From NCBI RefSeq assembly GCF_009914755.1, contig NC_060933.1: a stretch of 64,000 nt of DNA. One strand, given 5' to 3'. Numbering within the stretch: the first letter of the stretch is position 1; every line of letters starts with the position of its first letter. The notes under the pieces are model-generated. The model made no database searches, had not been told where the DNA came from, and worked only from the letters and a program-made list of their open reading frames with translations. The position numbers and the translations under genes were made by a program. This document shows, piece by piece, positions 42,691 through 56,470 of the stretch. The stretch is from the human T2T-CHM13v2.0 reference genome, Homo sapiens.

Positions 42691-45600
42691 GGAATCAACC
42701 CGAGTGCAGGGGAATGGAATGGAATGGAAAGCAATGGAATGGAATCATCCGGAATGGAATGGAATGGAATGCAATGGAATGGAATGGAATGGAATGGAAT
42801 CAACCTAAGTGCAATGGAACAGAATGAAATGGAATGGAATGGAATGGAAACAACCAGAATGGATTGGAATATAATGGAGTGTAAGGGAATTGAATAGAAT
42901 GAATCTGAATGTAATGAAATGGAATGGAACGGAACGGAATGGAATGGAATGGAATGGAATGCAATGGAATGGAATCAACCCGCGTGCAATCGAATGGAAT
43001 TGAATGCAATGGAATGCAATGGAATGGATTCAACTTGAATGGAATGGAAAGAATGGAATCAACACGAGTGGAATGGCATGGATTGGAATGGAATGGAATA
43101 GAATCAACCCGAGTACAGGGGAATGGAATGGAATGGAATGCAATGGAATGGAATCATCCGTAATGGAATGGAAAGGAATGGAATGTAATGGAATGGAATG
43201 CAATGGAATGGAATGGAATGGAATCAACTCGATTGCAATCGAATGGAATGGAATGGAATTAACCCGAATAGAATGGAATGGAATGGAATGGAACGGAACG
43301 GAATGGAATGGAATGGAATGGAATGGAATGGAACGGAAAGGAAGGGAATGGAATGGAATAGAATGGAATGGAATGGAATCAACGCGAGTTTAGGGGAATG
43401 GAATGGAATGGAATGCAATGGAATGGAATCATCCGGAATGGAATGGAATGGAATGCAATGGAATGGAATAGAATGGAATCAACCCGAGTGCAATGGAACG
43501 GAGTGAAATGGAATGGAATGGAATGGAAACAACCAGAATGGATTGGAATATAATGGAGTGTAAGGGAATTGAATAGAATCAATCCGAATGGAATGGAATG
43601 GAATGCAACGGAATGGAATGGAATGGAATGGAATGGAATGCAATGGAATGGAATCAACCCGAGTGCAATCGAATGGAATCGAATGGAATGGAATGCAATG
43701 GAATGGATTCAACTTGAATGGAATGGAAAGAATGGAATCAACACGAGTGGAATGGCATGGATTGGAATGGAATGGAATGCAATCAACCCGAGTACAGAGG
43801 AATGGAATGGAATGGAATGCAATGGAATGGAATCATCCCTAATGGAATGAGAAGGAATGGAATGGAATGGAATGGAATGGAATGGAATGGAATGGAATCA
43901 ACTCGATTGCAATCGAATGGAATGGAATGGAATTAACCCGAATAGAATGGAATGGAATGGAATGGAACGGAACGGAACGGAATGGAATGGAATGGAATGG
44001 TACGGAACGGAACGGAACGGAATGGAATGGAATGGAATGGAATGGAATGGAATGGAATGGAATCAAAGCGAGTGCAGGGGAATGGAATGGAATGGAATGC
44101 AATGGAATGGAATCTTCCGGAATGGAATGGAATGGAATGGAATGAAATGCAATGGATTCAAATCGATTGCAATGGAATGGAATAGAATGGAATGGAATGG
44201 AATGCAATGGAATTAATACGAATAGAATGGAATGGAATGGAATGGAACGGAATGCAACGGAATGGAATGGAATGGAATGGAATGGTACGGAATGGAATGG
44301 AATGGTACGGAATAGAATGGAATGGAACGAATTGCAATGGAATGGAATTGAATGGAATGGAATGGAATGGAATGGAATCAACGCGATTGCAGGGGAATGT
44401 AATGGAACGGAATGCAATGGAATGGAATCATCCGGAATGGAATGGAATGGAATGGAATGGAATGGAATCAACCCGAGTGCAATGGAATGGAGTGGAATGG
44501 AATGGAATGGAATGGAACAACCCGAAGGGAATGTAATGTAATGTAGAGTAAGGGAGTTGAATAGAATCAATCCGATTGTAATGGAATGGAATGCAACGGA
44601 ATGGAATGGAATGGAATGGAATGGAATGGAATGGAATGCAATGGAATGGAATCAACTCGAGTAAAGTGGAATGCAATGGAATGGAATGGAATGGAATGGA
44701 ATGGAATGGAATGGAATAGAATGGAATGGAATTGAATGGAATGGAACGCCTTCAAACCGAATGGAATGGAAAGGAATGGAATCAACACGAGTGGAATGGA
44801 ATGGAATGGAAAGGAAAGGAATGGAATGGAATGGTACCGAATAGAATGGAATGGAACGAACTGGAATGGAATGGAATGGAATGGAATGGAATGGAATGGA
44901 ATGGAATCGTTCCGAGTGGAATAGGAGGGAATGTATTCGAGTGGAATGGAAAGGAATGGAATCAACCAGAGTGGAATGGAAGGGAATGGAATGGAATGGA
45001 AACTAATAGAATGGCATCAACCCGAGTGGAATGGAATGGAAAGGACTGGAATGGAATGGAATGGAATGGAATGGAATGGAATCAACTCGATTGGAATGGA
45101 ATGGAATGGAATGGAATGGAATGGAATGGAAAGGACTGGAATGGAATGGAATGGAATGGAATGGAATGGAATCAACTCGATTGGAATGGAATGGAATGGA
45201 ATGGAATGGAATGGAATTAACCCGAATAGAATGGAATGGAATGGAATGGAATCAACTCGATTGCAATGGAATGGAATCGAATGGAATGGAATGGAATTAA
45301 CCGGAATAGAATGGAATGGAATGGAATGGAACGGAATGGAATGGAATGGAATGGAATGGAATGGAATGGAATGGAATGGAATCAACCCGAGTGCAGGGGA
45401 ATGGAATGGAATGGAATGCAATGGAATGGAATCATCCGGAATGGAATGGAATGGAATGGAATGCAATCAACCTGATGTAATGGAATGGAGTGGAATGGAA
45501 TGGAATGGAATTAACCCGAATAGAATTGAATGGAATGGAATGGAACGGAATGGAATGGAATGGAATGGAATGGAATGGAATGGAATGGAATCTACCCGAC

Positions 45601-47920
45601 TGCAGGGGAATGGAATGGAATGGAATGCAATGGAATGGAATCATCCGGAACGGAATGGAATGGAATGGAATGCAATCAACTTGATTGCAATGGAATGGAA
45701 TGGAATGGAATGCAATCGAATGGAATGGAATGGAATTAACCCGAATAGAAAGGAATGGAATGGAATGGAAAGGAATGGAAGGGAATGGAATGGAATGTAA
45801 TCAACCCGAGTGCAGGGCAATGGAATAGAATGGAATGCAATGGAATGGAATCATCCGGAATGGAATGGAATGGAATGGAATGCAATCAACCTGATGCAAT
45901 GGAATGGAGTGGAATGGAATGGAATGGAATGGAAACATCCCGAATGGAATGGAATGTAATGGAGTGTAAGGGAATTGAATAGAATCAATCCGAATGTAAT
46001 GGAATGGAATGGGATGAAATAGAATGGAATGGAATGGAATGGAATCAACCCGAGTGCAATGGAATGGATTCGAATGGAATGGAATGGAATGGAATGGATT
46101 CAACAAGAATGGAATGGAAAGGAATGGAATCAACCCGAGTGTAATGGCATGGAATGGAACGGAATGGAATGGGAAAGAATGGAATGGTACGGATTAGAAT
46201 GGAATGGAATGAAATGGAATGGAATGGAATGGAATGGAATGGAATTGAATGGAATGAATCCGTGTGCAATGGAATCGATTTGAATGGAATGGAATGGATT
46301 CAACTCGAATGGAATCAACTCAATTACAATGGAATGGAATGGAATGGAAAGGAATAGAATGGAATCAACCCGAATGGAATGGAATGGAAAGGACTGGAAT
46401 GGAGTGGAATGGAATGGAATGGAATTAACCCGAATAGAATGGAATGGAACGGAATGGAACGGAATGTAATGGAATGGAATGGAATGGAATCAATCCGAGT
46501 GCAGGGGAATGGAATGGAATGGAATGCAATGGAATGGAATGATCCGGAATGGAATCAACTCGATTGCAATGGAATGGAATGGAATTGAATTAACCCGAAT
46601 AGAATGGAATGGAATGGAATGGAACGGAATGGAATGGAATGGAATGGAATGGAATGGAATGGAACGAAAAGGAATGGAATCAACCCGAGTGGAAAGGACT
46701 GGAATGGAGTGGAATGGAATGGAATGGAATGGAATGGAATGGAATGGAATCGTTCCTAGTGGAATAGGAGGGAATGTATTCGAGCGGAATGGAAAGGAAT
46801 GGAATCAACCAGAGTGGAATGGAAGGGAATGGAATGGAATGGAAACTAATAGAATTGAATCAACCCGAGTGGAATGGAATGGAAAGGACTGGTATGGAAT
46901 GGAATGGAATGGAATGGAATGGAATGGAATCAACTCGATTTTAATGGAATGGAATGGAATGGAATGGAATTAACCCGAATACAATGGAATGGAATGGAAT
47001 GGAACGGAATGGAGTGGAATGGAATGGAATCAACCCGAGTGCAGGGGAATGGAATGGAATGGAATGCAATGGAATGGAATCATCCGGAATGGAATGGAAT
47101 GGAATGCAAAGCAATGGAATCAACTCGATTGCAATGGAATGGAATGGAATGGAAAGGAATACATTGGAATCAACCCGAGTGGAATGGAATGGAAAGGGCT
47201 GGAATGGAGTGGAATGGAATGGAATGGAATGGAATGGAATCAACTCGATTGGAATGGAATGGAATGGAATGGAATTAACCCGAATACAATGGAATGGAAT
47301 GGAATGGAACGGAACGGAACGGAATGGAATGGAATGGAATGGAATGGAATGGAATGGAATGGAATCAACCCGACTGCAGGGGAATGGAATGGAATGGAAT
47401 GCAATGGAATGCATTCAACTTGAATGGAATGGAAAGAATGGAATCAACACGAGTGGAATGGCATGCATTGGAATGGAATGGAATGGAATGAACCCGAGTA
47501 CAGGGGAATCGAATGGAATGGAATGCAATGGAATGGAATCATCCGCAAAGGAATGGAAAGGAATGGAATGGAATGGAATGGAATGGAATGGAATGGAATG
47601 GAATGGAATCAACTCGATTGCAATCGAATGGAATGGAATGGAATTAACCCGAATAGAATGGAATGTAATGGAATGGAACGGAACGGAACGGAATGGAATG
47701 GAATGGAATGGAATGGAACAGAAAGGAATGGAATGGAATGGAATGGAATGGAATGGAATGGAATGGAATCAACGCGAGTGCAGGGGAATGGAATGGAATG
47801 GAATGCAATGGAATGGAATCTTCCGGAATGGAATGGAATGGAACGGAATGGAATGGAATGGAATGGAATGGAATGGAATAAACCCGAGTGCAATGGAATG
47901 GAGTGGAATGGAATGGAATG
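42691..47920 (+). repeat. Higher-order unit, copy 2 (3'-truncated, ~5.2 kb)
   Basis: Colinear with 34240-39550. At ~47920 it jumps back to the CCCGCGTG marker (47943), so the equivalent of ~39550-42950 is absent. Confidence 0.9.
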
Positions 47921-50900
47921 GAATGCAATGGAATGGAATCAACCCGCGTGCAATCGAATGGAATTGAATGCAATGGAATGCAATGGAATGGATTCAACTT
48001 GAATGGAATGGAAAGAATGGAATCAACACGAGTGGAATGGCATGGATTGGAATGGAATGGAATAGAATCAACCCGAGTACAGGGGAATGGAATGGAATGG
48101 AATGCAATGGAATGGAATCATCCGTAATGGAATGGAAAGGAATGGAATGTAATGGAATGGAATGCAATGGAATGGAATGGAATGGAATCAACTCGATTGC
48201 AATCGAATGGAATGGAATGGAATTAACCCGAATAGAATGGAATGGAATGGAATGGAACGGAACGGAATGGAATGGAATGGAATGGAATGGAATGGAACGG
48301 AAAGGAAGGGAATGGAATGGAATAGAATGGAATGGAATGGAATCAACGCGAGTTTAGGGGAATGGAATGGAATGGAATGCAATGGAATGGAATCATCCGG
48401 AATGGAATGGAATGGAATGCAATGGAATGGAATAGAATGGAATCAACCCGAGTGCAATGGAACGGAGTGAAATGGAATGGAATGTTATGGAAACAACCAG
48501 AATGGATTGGAATATAATGGAGTGTAAGGGAATTGAATAGAATCAATCCGAATGGAATGGAATGGAATGCAACGGAATGGAATGGAATGGAATGGAATGG
48601 AATGCAATGGAATGGAATCAACCCGAGTGCAATCGAATGGAATCGAATGGAATGGAATGCAATGGAATGGATTCAACTTGAATGGAATGGAAAGAATGGA
48701 ATCAACACGAGTGGAATGGCATGGATTGGAATGGAATGGAATGCAATCAACCCGAGTACAGAGGAATGGAATGGAATGGAATGCAATGGAATGGAATCAT
48801 CCCTAATGGAATGAGAAGGAATGGAATGGAATGGAATGGAATGGAATGGAATGGAATGGAATCAACTCGATTGCAATCGAATGGAATGGAATGGAATTAA
48901 CCCGAATAGAATGGAATGGAATGGAATGGAACGGAACGGAACGGAATGGAATGGAATGGAATGGTACGGAACGGAACGGAACGGAATGGAATGGAATGGA
49001 ATGGAATGGAATGGAATGGAATGGAATCAAAGCGAGTGCAGGGGAATGGAATGGAATGGAATGCAATGGAATGGAATCTTCCGGAATGGAATGGAATGGA
49101 ATGGAATGAAATGCAATGGATTCAAATCGATTGCAATGGAATGGAATAGAATGGAATGGAATGGAATGCAATGGAATTAATCCGAATAGAATGGAATGGA
49201 ATGGAATGGAACGGAATGCAACGGAATGGAATGGAATGGAATGGAATGGTACGGAATGGAATGGAATGGTACGGAATAGAATGGAATGGAACGAATTGCA
49301 ATGGAATGGAATTGAATGGAATGGAATGGAATGGAATGGAATCAACGCGATTGCAGGGGAATGTAATGGAACGGAATGCAATGGAATGGAATCATCCGGA
49401 ATGGAATGGAATGGAATGGAATGGAATGGAATCAACCCGAGTGCAATGGAATGGAGTGGAATGGAATGGAATGGAATGGAACAACCCGAAGGGAATGTAA
49501 TGTAATGCAGAGTAAGGGAGTTGAATAGAATCAATCCGATTGTAATGGAATGGAATGCAACGGAATGGAATGGAATGGAATGGAATGGAATGGAATGGAA
49601 TGCAATGGAATGGAATCAACTCGAGTAAAGTGGAATGCAATGGAATGGAATGGAATGGAATGGAATGGAATGGAATGGAATAGAATGGAATGGAATTGAA
49701 TGGAATGGAACGCCTTCAAACCGAATGGAATGGAAAGGAATGGAATCAACACGAGTGGAATGGAATGGAATGGAAAGGAAAGGAATGGAATGGAATGGTA
49801 CCGAATAGAATGGAATGGAACGAACTGGAATGGAATGGAATGGAATGGAATGGAATGGAATCGTTCCGAGTGGAATAGGAGGGAATGTATTCGAGTGGAA
49901 TGGAAAGGAATGGAATCAACCAGAGTGGAATGGAAGGGAATGGAATGGAATGGAAACTAATAGAATGGAATCAACCCGAGTGGAATGGAATGGAAAGGAC
50001 TGGAATGGAATGGAATGGAATGGAATGGAATGGAATCAACTCGATTGGAATGGAATGGAATGGAATGGAATGGAATGGAATGGAAAGGACTGGAATGGAA
50101 TGGAATGGAATGGAATGGAATGGAATGGAATGGAATCAACTCGATTGGAATGGAATGGAATGGAATGGAATGGAATGGAATGGAATTAACCCGAATAGAA
50201 TGGAATGGAATGGAATGGAATCAACTCGATTGCAATGGAATGGAATGGAATGGAATGGAATCGAATGGAATGGAATGGAATTAACCGGAATAGAATGGAA
50301 TGGAATGGAATGGAACGGAATGGAATGGAATGGAATGGAATGGAATGGAATGGAATGGAATGGAATCAACCCGAGTGCAGGGGAATGGAATGGAATGGAA
50401 TGCAATGGAATGGAATCATCCGGAATGGAATGGAATGGAATGGAATGCAATCAACCTGATGTAATGGAATGGAGTGGAATGGAATGGAATGGAATTAACC
50501 CGAATAGAATGGAATGGAATGGAATGGAACGGAATGGAATGGAATGGAATGGAATGGAATGGAATGGAATCTACCCGACTGCAGGGGAATGGAATGGAAT
50601 GGAATGCAATGGAATGGACTCATCCGGAACGGAATGGAATGGAATGGAATGCAATCAACTTGATTGCAATGGAATGGAATGGAATGGAATGCAATCGAAT
50701 GGAATGGAATGGAATTAACCCGAATAGAAAGGAATGGAATGGAATGGAAAGGAATGGAAGGGAATGGAATGGAATGTAATCAACCCGAGTGCAGGGCAAT
50801 GGAATAGAATGGAATGCAATGGAATGGAATCATCCGGAATGGAATGGAATGGAATGGAATGCAATCAACCTGATGCAATGGAATGGAGTGGAATGGAATG

Positions 50901-53900
50901 GAATGGAATGGAAACATCCCGAATGGAATGGAATGTAATGGAGTGTAAGGGAATTGAATAGAATCAATCCGAATGTAATGGAATGGAATGGGATGAAATA
51001 GAATGGAATGGAATGGAATGGAATCAACCCGAGTGCAATGGAATGGATTCGAATGGAATGGAATGGAATGGAATGGATTCAACAAGAATGGAATGGAAAG
51101 GAATGGAATCAACCCGAGTGTAATGGCATGGAATGGAACGGAATGGAATGGGAAAGAATGGAATGGTACGGATTAGAATGGAATGGAATGAAATGGAGTG
51201 GAATGGAATGGAATGGAATGGAATTGAATGGAATGAATCCGTGTGCAATGGAATCGATTTGAATGGAATGGAATGGATTCAACTCGAATGGAATCAACTC
51301 AATTACAATGGAATGGAATGGAATGGAAAGGAATAGAATGGAATCAACCCGAATGGAATGGAATGGAAAGGACTGGAATGGAGTGGAATGGAATGGAATG
51401 GAATTAACCCGAATAGAATGGAATGGAACGGAATGGAACGGAATGTAATTTAATGGAATGGAATGGAATCAATCCGAGTGCAGGGGAATGGAATGGAATG
51501 GAATGCAATGGAATGGAATGATCCGGAATGGAATCAACTCGATTGCAATGGAATGGAATGGAATTGAATTAACCCGAATAGAATGGAATGGAATGGAATG
51601 GAACGGAATGGAATGGAATGGAATGGAATGGAATGGAATGGAACGAAAAGGAATGGAATCAACCCGAGTGGAAAGGACTGGAATGGAGTGGAATGGAATG
51701 GAATGGAATGGAATGGAATGGAATGGAATCGTTCCTAGTGGAATAGGAGGGAATGTATTCGAGTGGAATGGAAAGGAATGGAATCAACCAGAGTGGAATG
51801 GAAGGGAATGGAATGGAATGGAAACTAATAGAATTGAATCAACCCGAGTGGAATGGAATGGAAAGGACTGGTATGGAATGGAATGGAATGGAATGGAATG
51901 GAATGGAATCAACTCGATTTTAATGGAATGGAATGGAATGGAATGGAATTAACCCGAATACAATGGAATGGAATGGAATGGAACGGAATGGAGTGGAATG
52001 GAATGGAATCAACCCGAGTGCAGGGGAATGGAATGGAATGGAATGCAATGGAATGGAATCATCCGGAATGGAATGGAATGGAATGCAAAGCAATGGAATC
52101 AACTCGATTGCAATGGAATGGAATGGAATGGAAAGGAATACATTGGAATCAACCCGAGTGGAATGGAATGGAAAGGGCTGGAATGGAGTGGAATGGAATG
52201 GAATGGAATGGAATGGAATAAACTCGATTGGAATGGAATGGAATGGAATGGAATTAACCCGAATACAATGGAATGGAATGGAATGGAACGGAACGGAACG
52301 GAATGGAATGGAATGGAATGGAATGGAATGGAATGGAATGGAATCAACCCGACTGCAGGGGAATGGAATGGAATGGAATGCAATGGAATGCATTCAACTT
52401 GAATGGAATGGAAAGAATGGAATCAACACGAGTGGAATGGCATGCATTGGAATGGAATGGAATGGAATGAACCCGAGTACAGGGGAATAGAATGGAATGG
52501 AATGCAATGGAATGGAATCATCCGCAATGGAATGGAAAGGAATGGAATGGAATGGAATGGAATGGAATGGAATGGAATGGAATCAACTCGATTGCAATCG
52601 AATGGAATGGAATGGAATTAACCCGAATAGAATGGAATGTAATGGAATGGAACGGAACGGAACGGAATGGAATGGAATGGAATGGAATGGAATGGAACAG
52701 AAAGGAATGGAAAGGAATGGAATGGAATGGAATGGAATGGAATGGAATCAACGCGAGTGCAGGGGAATGGAATGGAATGGAATGCAATGGAATGGAATCT
52801 TCCGGAATGGAATGGAATGGAACGGAATGGAATGGAATGGAATGGAATGGAATGGAATAAACCCGAGTGCAATGGAATGGAGTGGAATGGAATGGAATGG
52901 AATGGAACAACCCAAATGGAATGGAATGTAATGGAGAGTAAGGGAGTTGAATAGAATCAATCCGAATGTAATGGAATGCAATGGAAAGGAATGGAATTGA
53001 ATGGAATGGAATGAAATGCAATGGAATGGAATCAACCCGAGTGCAATGGTATGGAGAGGAATGGAATGGAATGGAATGGAAACTACCCGAACGGAATGGA
53101 ATGTAATGGAGTGTAAGGGAATTGAATAGAATCAATCCGAATGTAATAGAAAGGAATGGAACGGAATGGAATGGAATGGAATGGAATGGAATGCAATGGA
53201 ATGGAATCAACCCGAGTGCAATCGAATGGAATCGAATGGAATGGCATGCAATGGAATGGATTCAACTTGAATTGAATGGAAAGAATGGAATCAACACGAG
53301 TGGAAGGGCATGGATTGGAATGCAATGGAATGGAATCAACCCGAGTACATGGGAATGGAATGGAATGGAATGCAATGGAATGGAATCATCCGTAATGGAA
53401 TGGAAAGGAATGGAATGGAATGGAATGGAATGGAATGGAATGGAATGGAATGGAATCAACACGATTGCAATCGAATGGAATGGAATGCAATTAACCCGAA
53501 TAGAATGGAATGGAATGGAATGGAACGGAACGGAATGGAATGGAATGGAATGGAATGGAACGGAAAGGAACGGAATGGAATGGAATGGAATGGAATGGAA
53601 TGGACTGGAATGGAATCAACGCGAGTGCAGGGGAATGGAATGGAATGGAATGGAACGGAAAGGAACGGAATGGAATGGAATGGAATGGAATGGAATGGAC
53701 TGGAATGGAATCAACGCGAGTGCAGGGGAATGGAATGGAATGGAATGCAATGGAATGGAATCTTCCGGAATGAAATGGAATGGAATGAAATGCAATGGAT
53801 TGAACTCGATTGCAATGGAATGGAATGGAATGGAATGGAATGGAATGGAATTAACACGAATAGAATGGAATGGAATGGAATGGAACGGAACGGAACGGAA

Positions 53901-56470
53901 CGGAACGGAATGGAATGGAATGGAATGGAATGGAATGGAATGGTATGGAATGGAATGGTACGGAATAGAATGGAATGGAACGAATTGTAATGGAATGGAA
54001 TTGAATGGAATGGAATGGAATGCAATGGAATCAACGCGAGTGCAGGGGAAAGTAATGGAAAGGAATGCAATGGAATGGAATCATCCGGAATGGAATGGAA
54101 TGGAATGGAATGGAATCAACCCGAGTGCAATGGAATGGAGTGGAATGGAATGGAATGGAATTGAACAACCCGAATGGAATGGAATGTAATGGAGAGTAAG
54201 GGAGTTGAATAGAATCAATCCGAATGTAATGGAATGGAATGCAACGGAATGGAATGGAATGGAATGGAATGGAATGGAATGCAAAGGAATGGAATCAACC
54301 CGAGTGGAATGGCATGGAATGGAATGCAATGGAATGGAATGGAATGGAATCAACTCGAGTGGAAAGGAATGGAATGGAATGGAAAGGAATGGAATGAAAT
54401 CATCTCGAGTGGAATGGAATGGAATGGAATGGATTGGAATGGATTGCAATGGAATGAAATGGAATGGAATGGAATGGAATCAATCATTCCGAGTGGAATG
54501 GAAGGGAATGTAATGGAGTGGAAAGAAGGGAATGGAATCAACCCGATTGGAATGCAAGGCAATGGAATGGAATGGAAAGGAATGGAATGGAATCATCTCG
54601 ATTGCAATGGAATGGAATGGAATGGAATGGAAAGGAATGGAATTCACCGGAATAGAATGGAATGCAATGGAATGGAACGGAATGGAATGGAGTGGAAGGG
54701 AATGGAATCAACACGAGTGCAGGGGAATGGAATGGTAAGGAATGCAATTGAATGGAATCATCCGGAATGGAATGGAATGGAATGGAATCAACACCATTGC
54801 AATGCAATGGAATGGAATGGAATGGAATAGAATGGAATAGAATTAACCCGAATAGAATGGAATGCAATAGAATGGAATGGAACGGAACCGAATGCAGTGG
54901 AATGGAATGGAATGGAATCAACCTGAGTGCAGGGAAATGGAATGGAATGGAATGCAATGGAATGGAATCATCCGGAATGGAATGGAATGGAATCAAATCG
55001 AGTGCAATGGAATGGAGTGAAATGGAATGGAATGGAATGGAAACAACCAGAATGGATTGGAATATAATGGAGTGTAAGGGAATTGAATAGAATCAATCTG
55101 AATGTAATGAAATGGAATGGAACGGAATGGAATTGAATGGAATGGAATCGAATGGAATGGAATGGAATGGAATCAACCCGAGTGCAATGGAATGGATTCG
55201 AATGGAATGGAATGGAGTGGAATGGATTCAACCCGAATGGAATGGAAAGGAATGGAATCAACCAGAGTGGAATGACATGGAATGGAATGGAATGGAATGG
55301 AATGGAATGGAATGGAATGGAATGGTTCGGAATAGAATGGATTGGAACAAAATGCAATGGAATGGAATGGAATGGAATGGAATGGAATGGAATGGAATCA
55401 AGTCGATTGCAATGGAATGGAAAGGAATGGAATGGAACGGATTGGAATGGAATGGAATGGAATGGAATGGAATGGAATGGAATGGAATGGAATGAAATGG
55501 AACGGAATGGAATGGAATCAACCCGAGTGCAGGGGAATGGAATGGAATGGAATGCAATGGAATGGAATGGAATGGAATGAAATGAAATGGAATGGAATGG
55601 AATTTAATCAACCCGAGTGGAATGGCATGGAATGGAATGCAATGGAATGGAATGGAATGGAAACAACTCGAGTGGAAAGGAATGGAATGGAATGGAAAGG
55701 AATGGAATGAAATCAACTCGAGTGGAATGGAATGGAATGGAATGGATTGGAATGGATTGCAATGGAATGAAGTGGAATGGAATGGAATGGAATCAATCAT
55801 TCCGAGTGGAATGGAAGGGAATGTAATGGAGTGGAAAGAAGGGAATGGAATAAACCCGAGTGGAATGCAAGGCAATGGAATGGAATGGAAAGGAATGGAA
55901 AGTAATCAACTCGATTGCAATGGAATGGAATGGAATGGAATGGAATGGAAAGGAATGGAAAGGAATGAAATGGAATGGAATGGAGTGCAATGGAATGGAA
56001 TCAACCCGAGTGCAATCGAATGGAATCAAATGGAATGGAATGCAATGGAATGGATTCAACTTGAATGGAATGGAAAGAATGGAATCAACACGAGTGGAAT
56101 GGCATGGATTGGAATGGAATGGAATGGAATCAACCCGAGTACAGGGGAATGGAATGGAATGGAATGCAATGGAATGGAATCATCCGTAATGGAATGGAAA
56201 GGAATGGAATGGAATGGAATGGAATGGAATGGAATGGAATCAACTCGATTGCAATCGAATGGAATGGAATTGAATTAACCCGAATAGAATGGAATAGAAT
56301 CGAATGGAACGGAAAGGAATGGAATGGAATGGAATGGATTGGAATGGAACGGAACGGAATGGAATGGAATGGAATGGAATGGAATCAACGCGAGTGCAGG
56401 GGAATGGAATGGAATGGAATGCAATGGAACGGAATCTTCCGCAATGGAATGGAATGGAATGGAATGGAAT
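47921..56470 (+). repeat. Higher-order unit, copy 3 (has an extra ~420-bp segment)
   Basis: Offsets to copy 1 of ~13350-13416 (39141->52492, 40848->54205), rising to 13780 after ~55970 (42285->56065). Confidence 0.92.
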
